Source of the DNA: Spirochaetaceae bacterium
GTDB lineage: Bacteria > Spirochaetota > Spirochaetia > DSM-2461
Length of the DNA: 64,000 nt
Assembly: GCA_051531975.1 (NCBI GenBank)
Contig: JAOPTT010000010.1
Coordinates: 96,001 to 160,000 of the forward strand
Direction: 5' to 3'
Shown here: positions 9,471-17,608 of the stretch, piece by piece
Numbering within the stretch: position 1 is the first letter of the stretch
Layout of the letters: every line of letters begins with the position of its first letter
Made by a program: the position numbers and the translations under genes
Notes under the pieces: model-generated
The model's database searches: none
What the model was told of the DNA's origin: nothing
What the model saw: the letters and a program-made list of their open reading frames with translations, nothing else

Positions 9471-9499
9471 ATATTAGTGTTGTAACTCTTTACTGTCAA
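9471..9499 (-). promoter_or_regulatory. Sigma70-type promoter of precursor 2 - peptidase
   Basis: Minus strand TTGACA (9499-9494), 17-nt spacer, TAATAT (9476-9471). Confidence 0.7.
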
Positions 9500-9516
9500 G
9501 GAATTTAAAATAGTTG

Positions 9517-9552
9517 ATAACCCTATAACCCTATAACCCTATAACCCTATAA
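9517..9552. repeat. 8-bp tandem repeat (ATAACCCT) x4.5
   Basis: Four perfect units at 9517-9548 plus ATAA, in the divergent intergenic region. Confidence 0.95.
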
Positions 9553-9606
9553 TTATACACATAAAAGTCTAAAATTAGTGTCTTAATAAAAAAAAATTCT
9601 TTTTCA

Positions 9607-9635
9607 TTGTCAAATATATTTTAATACTCTAACAT
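9607..9635 (+). promoter_or_regulatory. Putative promoter of the radical SAM operon (probably leaderless mRNA)
   Basis: TTGTCA, 17-nt spacer, TAACAT. ATG lies 7 nt downstream and there is no SD. Confidence 0.5.
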
Positions 9636-9642
9636 TCTAACA

Positions 9643-10656
9643 ATGTTATCTATAGAAGTAACAACAAAATGTAATTTACGATGTATTAATTGTTTTGCCC
9701 ATGATTCCTCCCATGTATTTGAACATCTTGGACTTAAGAAAGCAGAAGAGATAGCTCTTGAGGGTCGAGTTTTAGGTTATAAATCTATCAGTCTTACAGG
9801 TGGTGAGACCTTTTTGTGGCCTTATATACTCGGTTTTTTAACTTACCTTAAAAGTATTGGATATGAAACAATATTGATAAATAGTAACTTACACCTATTA
9901 ACTGAAGAGTTATGTAACAAACTGTCTAAATTTACTGATCTGTTGACCATTAGTTGTAGTATTAATGGATTTAAAGATGAACACGAAATTGTTAGAGGGA
10001 TTGGAAGTTACGATAAAGTAATTACAGGATTAAAAAATGCTATAACGTACGGTTTAAAAATGATTGTATATACAGTCGTTAATAGAAGAAACTTATATGA
10101 TATTCCTAAATTTACTGAGTGGTTATTTAAACAGTTCCCAGAAATTATAGATCTAGTTTTTATACAGTTAAGAGGAATAGACGACGGTTACTACCAGGTA
10201 GAAGACCTTAAACTAGAACCAAAAGATTTAATTGAGTTTGTTAAAATGATCAGCTATTTAAGTCTTGGTGGATATAATGTAAGCATATTAGAGAACTCAT
10301 TATCTACTGTTGTTGCAGAGATGCTTGGTTTTAAGTGGTATCCTAAGAGTCCAGAGATATCTAGAGATGGCAAAATAGTTGTAATGCAAACTGGGGTTAT
10401 TACAGATAATCACTCCAGTTTAGAAATATTAGGGAACTATAACAATCAATCCCTTAAAGATGTATTAGAATCAAAAGAATATAGAGAATTATGTGTAGAC
10501 GAGTCTAAATTATGTATAGGTTGTAAATTTATTTCAATATGTAGAAAGTCCGGTAAAGTGAGACCATCAGATATGTATCATAATACTGGAGACAGTGATT
10601 ATTACTACTGTCAAAAAGTATTAAGTCAGATAACCCAAGGAGTTATAAATGAATGA
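9643..10656 (+). CDS. Radical SAM enzyme with partial SPASM-like C-terminus
   Basis: CNLRCINC (CX3CX2C), LTGGE and C-terminal CIGCKFISIC...YYYC. Confidence 0.88.
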   Translation: MLSIEVTTKCNLRCINCFAHDSSHVFEHLGLKKAEEIALEGRVLGYKSISLTGGETFLWPYILGFLTYLKSIGYETILINSNLHLLTEELCNKLSKFTDLLTISCSINGFKDEHEIVRGIGSYDKVITGLKNAITYGLKMIVYTVVNRRNLYDIPKFTEWLFKQFPEIIDLVFIQLRGIDDGYYQVEDLKLEPKDLIEFVKMISYLSLGGYNVSILENSLSTVVAEMLGFKWYPKSPEISRDGKIVVMQTGVITDNHSSLEILGNYNNQSLKDVLESKEYRELCVDESKLCIGCKFISICRKSGKVRPSDMYHNTGDSDYYYCQKVLSQITQGVINE

Positions 10657-12397
10657 TTTATTGTTAATTGTACCACCCTTTTTTTCCCCTGAATTACAGT
10701 CATTAGGACTACACAATTTACAGGCATGCGCTAGAAAAGAGGGATTCAGTACAGATATAAAATATGTTAACTTTGAATTAGCTAGACGTTTAGGAGATAA
10801 CTTTAAAAACTTCTGTGTTATGAACTATTTCCAATTAGGAGAGAGGATTTTTGCAAAAGCCGCTTGGGGGGATCTAGTTGGTGAGCAATTTTATGACGGA
10901 TTATATGATTTTTCTGACATATTTGACTGGGATAGGAATCCTGTTAAATTCTTTGATGAACAGAATCAATTAACAATAGCAGAGCTAAAAAAGTGTGAAA
11001 AAATAGCTACGTCCTGGCTTTTAGACCTTGAAGAACAATTTAAAGATCTACCTTACAAATATGTTGGTATTTCTAGCTCCTATGAACAGATAAATGCTGG
11101 CATAGCTTTATTTAAAATAATTAAACGGTTAAACCCAGAAATTATAACCTTTATTGGGGGATTTAACTGTGAAGAAGAGATGGCTAAAGGCATAGCATCT
11201 TTAGATAGTGATAGACAGTATATAGATTACATCTTCAGTGGAGAGAGCGAGATAAGCCTAATCAACTTTTTAAAAGATGGTGGATCAAAAAATAGAATTA
11301 TTCGAAGTGAACTTTTACAAGATATGAATATAATCCCGGATCTAGACTACTCAGACTATTTTAACCAGCTAAATTTTAAGACAGAGCATAAATTATTGGT
11401 TATGGAGCATAGCCGTGGCTGCTGGTGGGGAGAAAAAACCCAATGCAAATTCTGTGGAGTTGGACGTCTACAATTTAGAAAAAAGAATTTTGATCGGATT
11501 AAAACAGAGTTAGAAAATGCTAAAAAGTGGGGTATTAAGAGATTGCATATGGCAGATTTAGCTATGCCTGATTCACATTTAACAGACCTTCTTCCCCACC
11601 TCATAGATGAGGATTATGGCTGGGAGATATATTTTGAACAGAAGGTATCCCTTAACTATGAGCAGTTAAAACTCTTAAAGAAATCTGGAGTAAATGAAAT
11701 TCAACCTGGAATCGAAACCCTTAGCGACAATGTATTAAAAAAGATGTCTAAGGGTACTTCAATGAGACAAAATTTAACATTTCTACGTGATGGAACATCT
11801 CTGGGGTTAGAAGTCTTATGGAATATAGTGTGGGGAATTCCTGGAGAGACAATAGAAGATTATAGAGAGATGAATAAATTAATACCTCTACTAGTCCATC
11901 TTATGCCACCTGTAGGGATATTCCATATGACGTTGGTACGTTTTAGTCCATATTTTAATAATCCGAAACAGTATGGGATAACAAATATTAAACCTATAAA
12001 ATCATATTACGATGTATATCCAGATTTTGTAGATATAGACAATTTGGCTATGATATTTAAGTGTGAACATAACGAAGAAAACCTAAATGATAAAACAGAG
12101 TTAATAAAATTTTTAGAACTATTGGAGAGTTGGAACTCAAGGTGGGAGAATAACCTATTTACTCCAAAACTTGAGATAACTAAACTAGGTGATGGCACTG
12201 TAATACTGCTTGATACTCGGGGAATAGAGGGTTGTGAAGTTAAGAGAGAACTAAGTCCAGTAGAAATAGAATTATTATTATATCCTGCTATTTATACTAA
12301 TAGCGATATGGAGAATATGTTTATAGAAAACAAAGTAGCCATACTAGATGATGGATTTTTTATACCACTTGTTATAATTACAGAGGAGATGAGATAA
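10649..12397 (+). CDS. RiPP maturation radical SAM protein (B12-binding class B C-methyltransferase type, TIGR03975/PoyC-like)
   Basis: N-terminal LIVPPF...SLGLHNLQA and GGFNCE cobalamin-type domain. SRGCWWGEKTQCKFC (CX7CX2C), IQPGIETLS, WNIVWGIPGET and LVRFSPYF. Confidence 0.88.
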   Translation: MNDLLLIVPPFFSPELQSLGLHNLQACARKEGFSTDIKYVNFELARRLGDNFKNFCVMNYFQLGERIFAKAAWGDLVGEQFYDGLYDFSDIFDWDRNPVKFFDEQNQLTIAELKKCEKIATSWLLDLEEQFKDLPYKYVGISSSYEQINAGIALFKIIKRLNPEIITFIGGFNCEEEMAKGIASLDSDRQYIDYIFSGESEISLINFLKDGGSKNRIIRSELLQDMNIIPDLDYSDYFNQLNFKTEHKLLVMEHSRGCWWGEKTQCKFCGVGRLQFRKKNFDRIKTELENAKKWGIKRLHMADLAMPDSHLTDLLPHLIDEDYGWEIYFEQKVSLNYEQLKLLKKSGVNEIQPGIETLSDNVLKKMSKGTSMRQNLTFLRDGTSLGLEVLWNIVWGIPGETIEDYREMNKLIPLLVHLMPPVGIFHMTLVRFSPYFNNPKQYGITNIKPIKSYYDVYPDFVDIDNLAMIFKCEHNEENLNDKTELIKFLELLESWNSRWENNLFTPKLEITKLGDGTVILLDTRGIEGCEVKRELSPVEIELLLYPAIYTNSDMENMFIENKVAILDDGFFIPLVIITEEMR

Positions 12398-13056
12398 TGG
12401 AAAAAGTTGTAAATGATAAAAAAATATGGGATGAGATATACGAAAAAGAGAACTTTACACCTGGATGGGGAAGCCCAGGTTTGGATAATAATATAGTTAC
12501 CTATGTAAAAGCTTATATAAATGAGTACAAACTTAAATCATTGTCCATATTAGATATTGGTTGTGGTAATGGTAGAAATTCCTTTGTAAAAGAGGAGCTG
12601 GAGAAAGATGGAGTTATTGTAGATTATACAGGTGCTGATTTTTCAGAGAAAGCTCTGACATACTGTAGGGAAACTTATACAGATAAAGAGTTTATACATC
12701 TTGATATTACTGATAATAACCTTCCTTTAAAAGAGAGTTATGATGTTATTATTGACTGTGGTTGTTTCCACGCTATTCCACCTGAAGTTCGTATTAAATA
12801 CATAGATAATGTAAAAAAACATTGCTCAGATAGTAGTTTATTAATTATTGGTGCATGGTACCGGGAAGAGAAACATACAGAAGTAGATAAACCTTCATAC
12901 TTTCCCTACCTCTATTTAGACGAATGGTTTCTTAATAGAAGTGATATGACCCAGATATTTAATAATAAGTTTAATGTTATATCTGAGCTTGTTGATAACA
13001 GGATATATGAAGGTTTAAACAAAGGCTTCGCATATTTTAGATTAAGACTTTGTTAA
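12397..13056 (+). CDS. Class I SAM-dependent methyltransferase
   Basis: ILDIGCGNGRN, GADFS and YDVIIDCGCFH. Translationally coupled (TAATG) to the rSAM gene. Confidence 0.9.
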   Translation: MEKVVNDKKIWDEIYEKENFTPGWGSPGLDNNIVTYVKAYINEYKLKSLSILDIGCGNGRNSFVKEELEKDGVIVDYTGADFSEKALTYCRETYTDKEFIHLDITDNNLPLKESYDVIIDCGCFHAIPPEVRIKYIDNVKKHCSDSSLLIIGAWYREEKHTEVDKPSYFPYLYLDEWFLNRSDMTQIFNNKFNVISELVDNRIYEGLNKGFAYFRLRLC

Positions 13057-13947
13057 TGGTGGTATAACTCCGGTTATACCCCACATCTCAGAATCTACAC
13101 CACACTCTCCATACTTAATCCAGAAGTAACCACTCTCTCCCCAGCTTTCACCCCAGGAGTTTTTACATAACCAAGCCTCTTTATCATCTGAATAACCAAC
13201 TATAGTTATGCAGTGACCTCCAAGTTCTGGTCCTAATATAGGGCTATAGATTCCTTCTCCATAAAAAAGAAAGTCCGCTCTTAAACTCATAGCACCGATA
13301 AGTGGGCCATTAGTAAATATCCAGCTTTTCATTTCCTCTTCAGTAGTTAGTGTTTTATAACCTTTTATTTTTGTAACCCTATTCTGCCATCCCGTCGACA
13401 GAGCTTTATCCTTATCGTCAGTATCGTAGGGAAACTCTTTTTCAGTTACAACTCCAGTATTAACTAGATAGTTTAGAGCATCTTCCACAGGCCAACCTGT
13501 TTTACAGTTATGGGTACTCGGTGTATCTTCTGGAGAAAACCCAGGGCTCTTAAAAAACAACTGACCTTCAGAGAGATTTATATCCACATTATGTTCAATT
13601 TTTGCCATACTCTCTGTAACTGCTAATGAACCAAAGGCTGCACAGGAACTGCAAAACCCCTGGTTTTTAACAGTTGCCATATAATTTTTACCCTTTTTAT
13701 TTAACCAGTTAAAACTTTTAGGGTAGTCTACTGTAATTATTTTAGTATCCTTCAGATGTTTAATATGGTTTTCCCTAGAAATTTCTACCCTTTCATCTAA
13801 TGATAACGTACTTTCTGTGGTTCTAAATCCAGCTAAACTCTTTAACTCTTCAAAAAGTATACCTGTAAAAAGGTTTAATGAAGGTGTCCACTGGGGTTTC
13901 TCTAACTTTGATAATTCTTTAAAAAATAACTCGTCTAATATACTCAT
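13042..13947 (-). CDS. Papain-like (C1A) cysteine peptidase, cytoplasmic
   Basis: VKNQGFCSSCAAF, NLSEGQL, GGHCITIVGY and KNSWGESWGESGYFWIKYG. No signal peptide. Confidence 0.92.
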   Translation of the reverse strand: MSILDELFFKELSKLEKPQWTPSLNLFTGILFEELKSLAGFRTTESTLSLDERVEISRENHIKHLKDTKIITVDYPKSFNWLNKKGKNYMATVKNQGFCSSCAAFGSLAVTESMAKIEHNVDINLSEGQLFFKSPGFSPEDTPSTHNCKTGWPVEDALNYLVNTGVVTEKEFPYDTDDKDKALSTGWQNRVTKIKGYKTLTTEEEMKSWIFTNGPLIGAMSLRADFLFYGEGIYSPILGPELGGHCITIVGYSDDKEAWLCKNSWGESWGESGYFWIKYGECGVDSEMWGITGVIPPLTKS

Positions 13948-14028
13948 GCTGGGATTATACTACGGTTATTAATAATCTAGGTATAATTTTATGGGTAATC
14001 GATTTATGTTTGTATTATAATATTAATT

Positions 14029-14868
14029 ATGAAGAAATATATAATAATATTGTCACTATTAATTACACTTTTTTCATGTTCCAAATTTAGTAAACAACTG
14101 TATCAAGAACATGAAATGGTATTGGTTGAACCTGGTTCCTTTATTATGGGCTCAGATTCTGGGAAAGAGAACGAAAAGCCAGCCCACAAAGTTAAAATAA
14201 CAAGAGCATATTATATAGGTGTTTATGAAGTCACCTTTAATCAGTACGATGCTTATACACTGGAAACTAAAAGGAAATCTGCAGACCCAACTATTAAAGA
14301 TAGAGGGCAAAGACCTGTAATGAGTGTGGACTGGATACAAGCTGTAACCTACTGTAACTGGTTAAGTAAAAAAGAGGGATTCACCCCTTGTTATATAGTA
14401 AAAGGTGTAAAAACAACATGTAATTTTGAAGCCGATGGTTATAGATTACCAACTGAAGCAGAGTGGGAATTTGCAGCCTCTGGGGGGAATAAAAGCAAAG
14501 GATTTATATATTCCGGAAGCAATAATGTTGATGAAGTAGGATGGTATGAAAAAAACTCAAATAACGATTTTTATAATATAGGACTTAAGAAACCTAACGA
14601 ATTAGGACTGTACGATATGTCAGGGAACATGTGGGAATGGTGTTGGGATTATTGGGATAAAGATTATTATAAATATTCACCATCCATAGATCCAACAGGG
14701 CCATTAACAATACCGAAACAGGACATGGCATATAATGTGGAAAAATCCAGGCGTAGCTCCAGATGGTTAAATACAGAATTTTATCTGAGAGTTTTTAACC
14801 GTTCAGCAGACTTCATAAATTATGAGGGAGATAATGGAATACGTCTTGTAAGAAGTAAAGTTAATTAA
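14029..14868 (+). CDS. FGE-sulfatase (SUMF1-fold) domain lipoprotein
   Basis: Lipobox LFSC. GSFIMGS, YEVTFNQY, YRLPTEAEWEFAA and NELGLYDMSGNMWEWCWD. Confidence 0.88.
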   Translation: MKKYIIILSLLITLFSCSKFSKQLYQEHEMVLVEPGSFIMGSDSGKENEKPAHKVKITRAYYIGVYEVTFNQYDAYTLETKRKSADPTIKDRGQRPVMSVDWIQAVTYCNWLSKKEGFTPCYIVKGVKTTCNFEADGYRLPTEAEWEFAASGGNKSKGFIYSGSNNVDEVGWYEKNSNNDFYNIGLKKPNELGLYDMSGNMWEWCWDYWDKDYYKYSPSIDPTGPLTIPKQDMAYNVEKSRRSSRWLNTEFYLRVFNRSADFINYEGDNGIRLVRSKVN

Positions 14869-14983
14869 CAATTTATATAATATCCTTTATAGATATAATT
14901 AGATTAATGAAATACAATTCATCTTGGATATCTCACTTAAGATGCTCCGGTTTTGCCTAGTAATTAATATTAACGGAGAAATA

Positions 14984-16174
14984 ATGAAAAATAGAAATTT
15001 ATGGTTCTTAATAGCTACACAATGCTTTTTTATGAGTGCTAATATGATGTTTACAACACTTGCACCAATGTTAGGAAAATCGCTACTAATAAATGTTAGT
15101 TATGCTACCCTGCCCATGGCTATGAGTATGTTATCAATGCTTATTTTCTCTTTCCCCGTAAGTATATGGATGGGGAAAAAAGGACGGGGACCAGCTTTTA
15201 AAACAGGCTTACTATCTAATATGTTAGCCGCAGTTATATTTTTTATAGCACTCCAGTCTAATCAATTTTATCTATTATTAATAGGTTCTGTTTTTTTTGG
15301 ATTCTCAATATCCACTGCAAATTTCTATAGATTTGCAGCTATGGAACTAGTACCTGAAAAAGATCAATCTAAAGCTATATCCATGGTTATGTCTGTTGGA
15401 ATAGTTGCTGCTTTAGTCGGCCCCAATTTAGGTTCTGTTACTAAAAATCTAATTTTTGATATTGATTTCTCCGCATCAGTACTTACTTTTATTCCACTAT
15501 CATTAATGAGTCTAATAATGGTTTCAAATGTAAAATGGCCGGCAATAAAAGAATTAAAAAAAGAAAACGATGATATAACCACCTTAATTGCTCCCCTTGA
15601 TATATGGAAATCTGGAACTTGGAAGCCAATTTTTGGGGCCATGGTATCATTTGGAATAATGGTTTTAATTATGAGTGCTACACCCCTACATATGTCAGCT
15701 TCTAAATATGCATTTTCTGATACTGCTTGGGTAATTCAATGGCATGTATTAGGTATGTTTGCCCCATCTTTTTTCCTTGGTTGGATAATAAAGAAGATAG
15801 GTTTAAATAGACTGCTTATATTAGGAGTAATATTTTTAATCCTCTCTATAGCTGTTAATTTAATTTCTGATAGTAGAGCCCTTTTAACTATTGGATTATT
15901 ATTCTTAGGCATAGGTTGGAACTTCCTATTTCTTGGTTCTAGTAAGTGGTTAATGAATTGTATAATACACTTAAATGTAAAGGAAAGATCTAGAGTTCAA
16001 GGTATAAACGAAGTATTAGTATACGGCTTATCATCTGCTGCAACTCTTAGTTCCGGCTGGATAATAAATAAACTAGGGTGGCAAGTACTAAATATAGTTG
16101 CACTTCCTATTTTAATACTATTATTAGGTGTATTAATTCTAAATACTTTGAAAACCAAAAAGTTAATCTTATAA
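14984..16174 (+). CDS. MFS transporter
   Basis: About 12 TM segments with NFYRFAAME and IQWHVLGMFAPSFF. ATG at 14984 follows GGAG. Confidence 0.88.
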   Translation: MKNRNLWFLIATQCFFMSANMMFTTLAPMLGKSLLINVSYATLPMAMSMLSMLIFSFPVSIWMGKKGRGPAFKTGLLSNMLAAVIFFIALQSNQFYLLLIGSVFFGFSISTANFYRFAAMELVPEKDQSKAISMVMSVGIVAALVGPNLGSVTKNLIFDIDFSASVLTFIPLSLMSLIMVSNVKWPAIKELKKENDDITTLIAPLDIWKSGTWKPIFGAMVSFGIMVLIMSATPLHMSASKYAFSDTAWVIQWHVLGMFAPSFFLGWIIKKIGLNRLLILGVIFLILSIAVNLISDSRALLTIGLLFLGIGWNFLFLGSSKWLMNCIIHLNVKERSRVQGINEVLVYGLSSAATLSSGWIINKLGWQVLNIVALPILILLLGVLILNTLKTKKLIL

Positions 16175-16250
16175 AATTATTCCCATATAAATTAGCAACT
16201 TTAAGTAAAATGATTGTTTTCCCTATAGATTGAACCTAAACTTTTTATAT

Positions 16251-16580
16251 ATGGACAGTGAAATAGATGAAATTCTGGAAGTTGAAAGAAAAGCAAAATC
16301 AATAATAGATGATGCAAGAGCGAAATCCCTCAAAATCAGGTCTAAAGACGATATAGAGATTAGTAACAGAACAAAAAGTATTAAAGATGAAATTAATAGT
16401 TATCTGAAAACAGAATCAAAAAATGCAAAAATAGAAAGTTCCAAGGAACATCAATTAAAAATAGAAGAGGTTGAATCCACTATTCTATTTGATACAGTAC
16501 CTAAAAAAATAAAAGATAAATTAATAAATGATATAATATCTATAATTCTTGATACCACATTTAAGATGGTGGAGAGATGA
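16251..16580 (+). CDS. V/A-type ATPase peripheral stalk subunit G/H-like
   Basis: Charged coiled coil (EILEVERKAKSIIDDAR). First gene of the ATPase operon. Start is uncertain. Confidence 0.6.
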   Translation: MDSEIDEILEVERKAKSIIDDARAKSLKIRSKDDIEISNRTKSIKDEINSYLKTESKNAKIESSKEHQLKIEEVESTILFDTVPKKIKDKLINDIISIILDTTFKMVER

Positions 16581-17608
16581 TAAATAGTAAATTTATTAAT
16601 TCAAAACTAAAAGCAAAAATGAGCCTTATGTTAACAAAGGAATTTTTTAATATATTAAGCCGTTCCAACTCCTTAGAAGAAGGTATCCAGATGTTAAGGG
16701 GAACAGACTTTGACATCTTAACCAGGAATTATATGCTTACAGGTGATCTTAAAATGGGAGAACTGGAACTCTTTAAAAAACAGATAAAGTTTTATACAGA
16801 ACTTGAACCATTTTACCCTACAAGTTTTAAACCTCTAGTACATGCACTACTTCTAAAATATGAGATTGATGTCTTAAAATCTGTATTCAGATTGTGGTTT
16901 GATAAAAATATTAGAAAACGTGATATAGGTGGACGATTAGGTTATATATATAGAAACAGTATAATAAATAAAATACCAATAGATGAAATCTTAAACTGTT
17001 CTAGTTTAGAGAAGATAGCGCAACTTTTTGAAGATTCACCATACTATTCTCTAGTTGTTTTAGAATCTGGGAACATATTAAAATATCAATCCCTATTTTT
17101 ATTTGAAACCAGTCTGGATATTTTATACTTCAGAGAAATATTTTCAGCTATAAATAGATTAAAAAGAGAGAACAAAAAAATTGCTTTAACATATTATAAC
17201 TATGTAGTTGATGTAGAAAATATAAAATGGGCAAATAGGTTTAGAGAGTTTGATGTTTATAAAGATATAGATTTTGGTGCAATATACATCCCCTATGGGT
17301 TAATAAACAAACAGTTATATAAAAGACTTTTAAAATCTGAAGATTCTGAGTTCCTAGAACAGTTAAAAAAAAGATATAAGAAGATTAATATAAACAGAGA
17401 TGAACAGTTCCCAGTAGATAAGACAATTTACGAAATGGAACTATCTATCCAGCTTAAAATACAAAAGTTATTACATGGAGATCCATTTTCAATAGGAACC
17501 TTAATAGCATATTTTTATAAAAAACAGCTGGAAATTAGTAAAATAATTACTGTATTAAATGCAATATCCTATGAATTATCTGAAAAAAGAATAAGGGAGT
17601 TAATATGA
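16577..17608 (+). CDS. atpC: V/A-type ATPase subunit C
   Basis: NSKLKAKMS..., FETSLDILYF, VDVENIKW and DPFSIGTLIAYF. Operon position. Confidence 0.8.
   Translation: MINSKFINSKLKAKMSLMLTKEFFNILSRSNSLEEGIQMLRGTDFDILTRNYMLTGDLKMGELELFKKQIKFYTELEPFYPTSFKPLVHALLLKYEIDVLKSVFRLWFDKNIRKRDIGGRLGYIYRNSIINKIPIDEILNCSSLEKIAQLFEDSPYYSLVVLESGNILKYQSLFLFETSLDILYFREIFSAINRLKRENKKIALTYYNYVVDVENIKWANRFREFDVYKDIDFGAIYIPYGLINKQLYKRLLKSEDSEFLEQLKKRYKKININRDEQFPVDKTIYEMELSIQLKIQKLLHGDPFSIGTLIAYFYKKQLEISKIITVLNAISYELSEKRIRELI

Noticed and set aside
9517..9552. Telomere-like or CRISPR-like repeat
   Set aside because: The 8-bp units have no spacers and there are no cas genes. Resemblance to TAACCC telomere repeats is coincidental in a bacterial intergenic region.
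14029..14868. Diversity-generating retroelement target (FGE/CLec fold)
   Set aside because: No reverse transcriptase and no template/variable repeat pair were seen in the window.
14930..14983. Possible riboswitch or anti-SD hairpin upstream of the MFS gene (CTCCG...CGGAG)
   Set aside because: The pairing is only 5-7 bp and I recognise no aptamer consensus. An Rfam search would be needed.
1..16174. Island as a mobile element or prophage
   Set aside because: No integrase, transposase, tRNA or att-like flanking repeats were seen.
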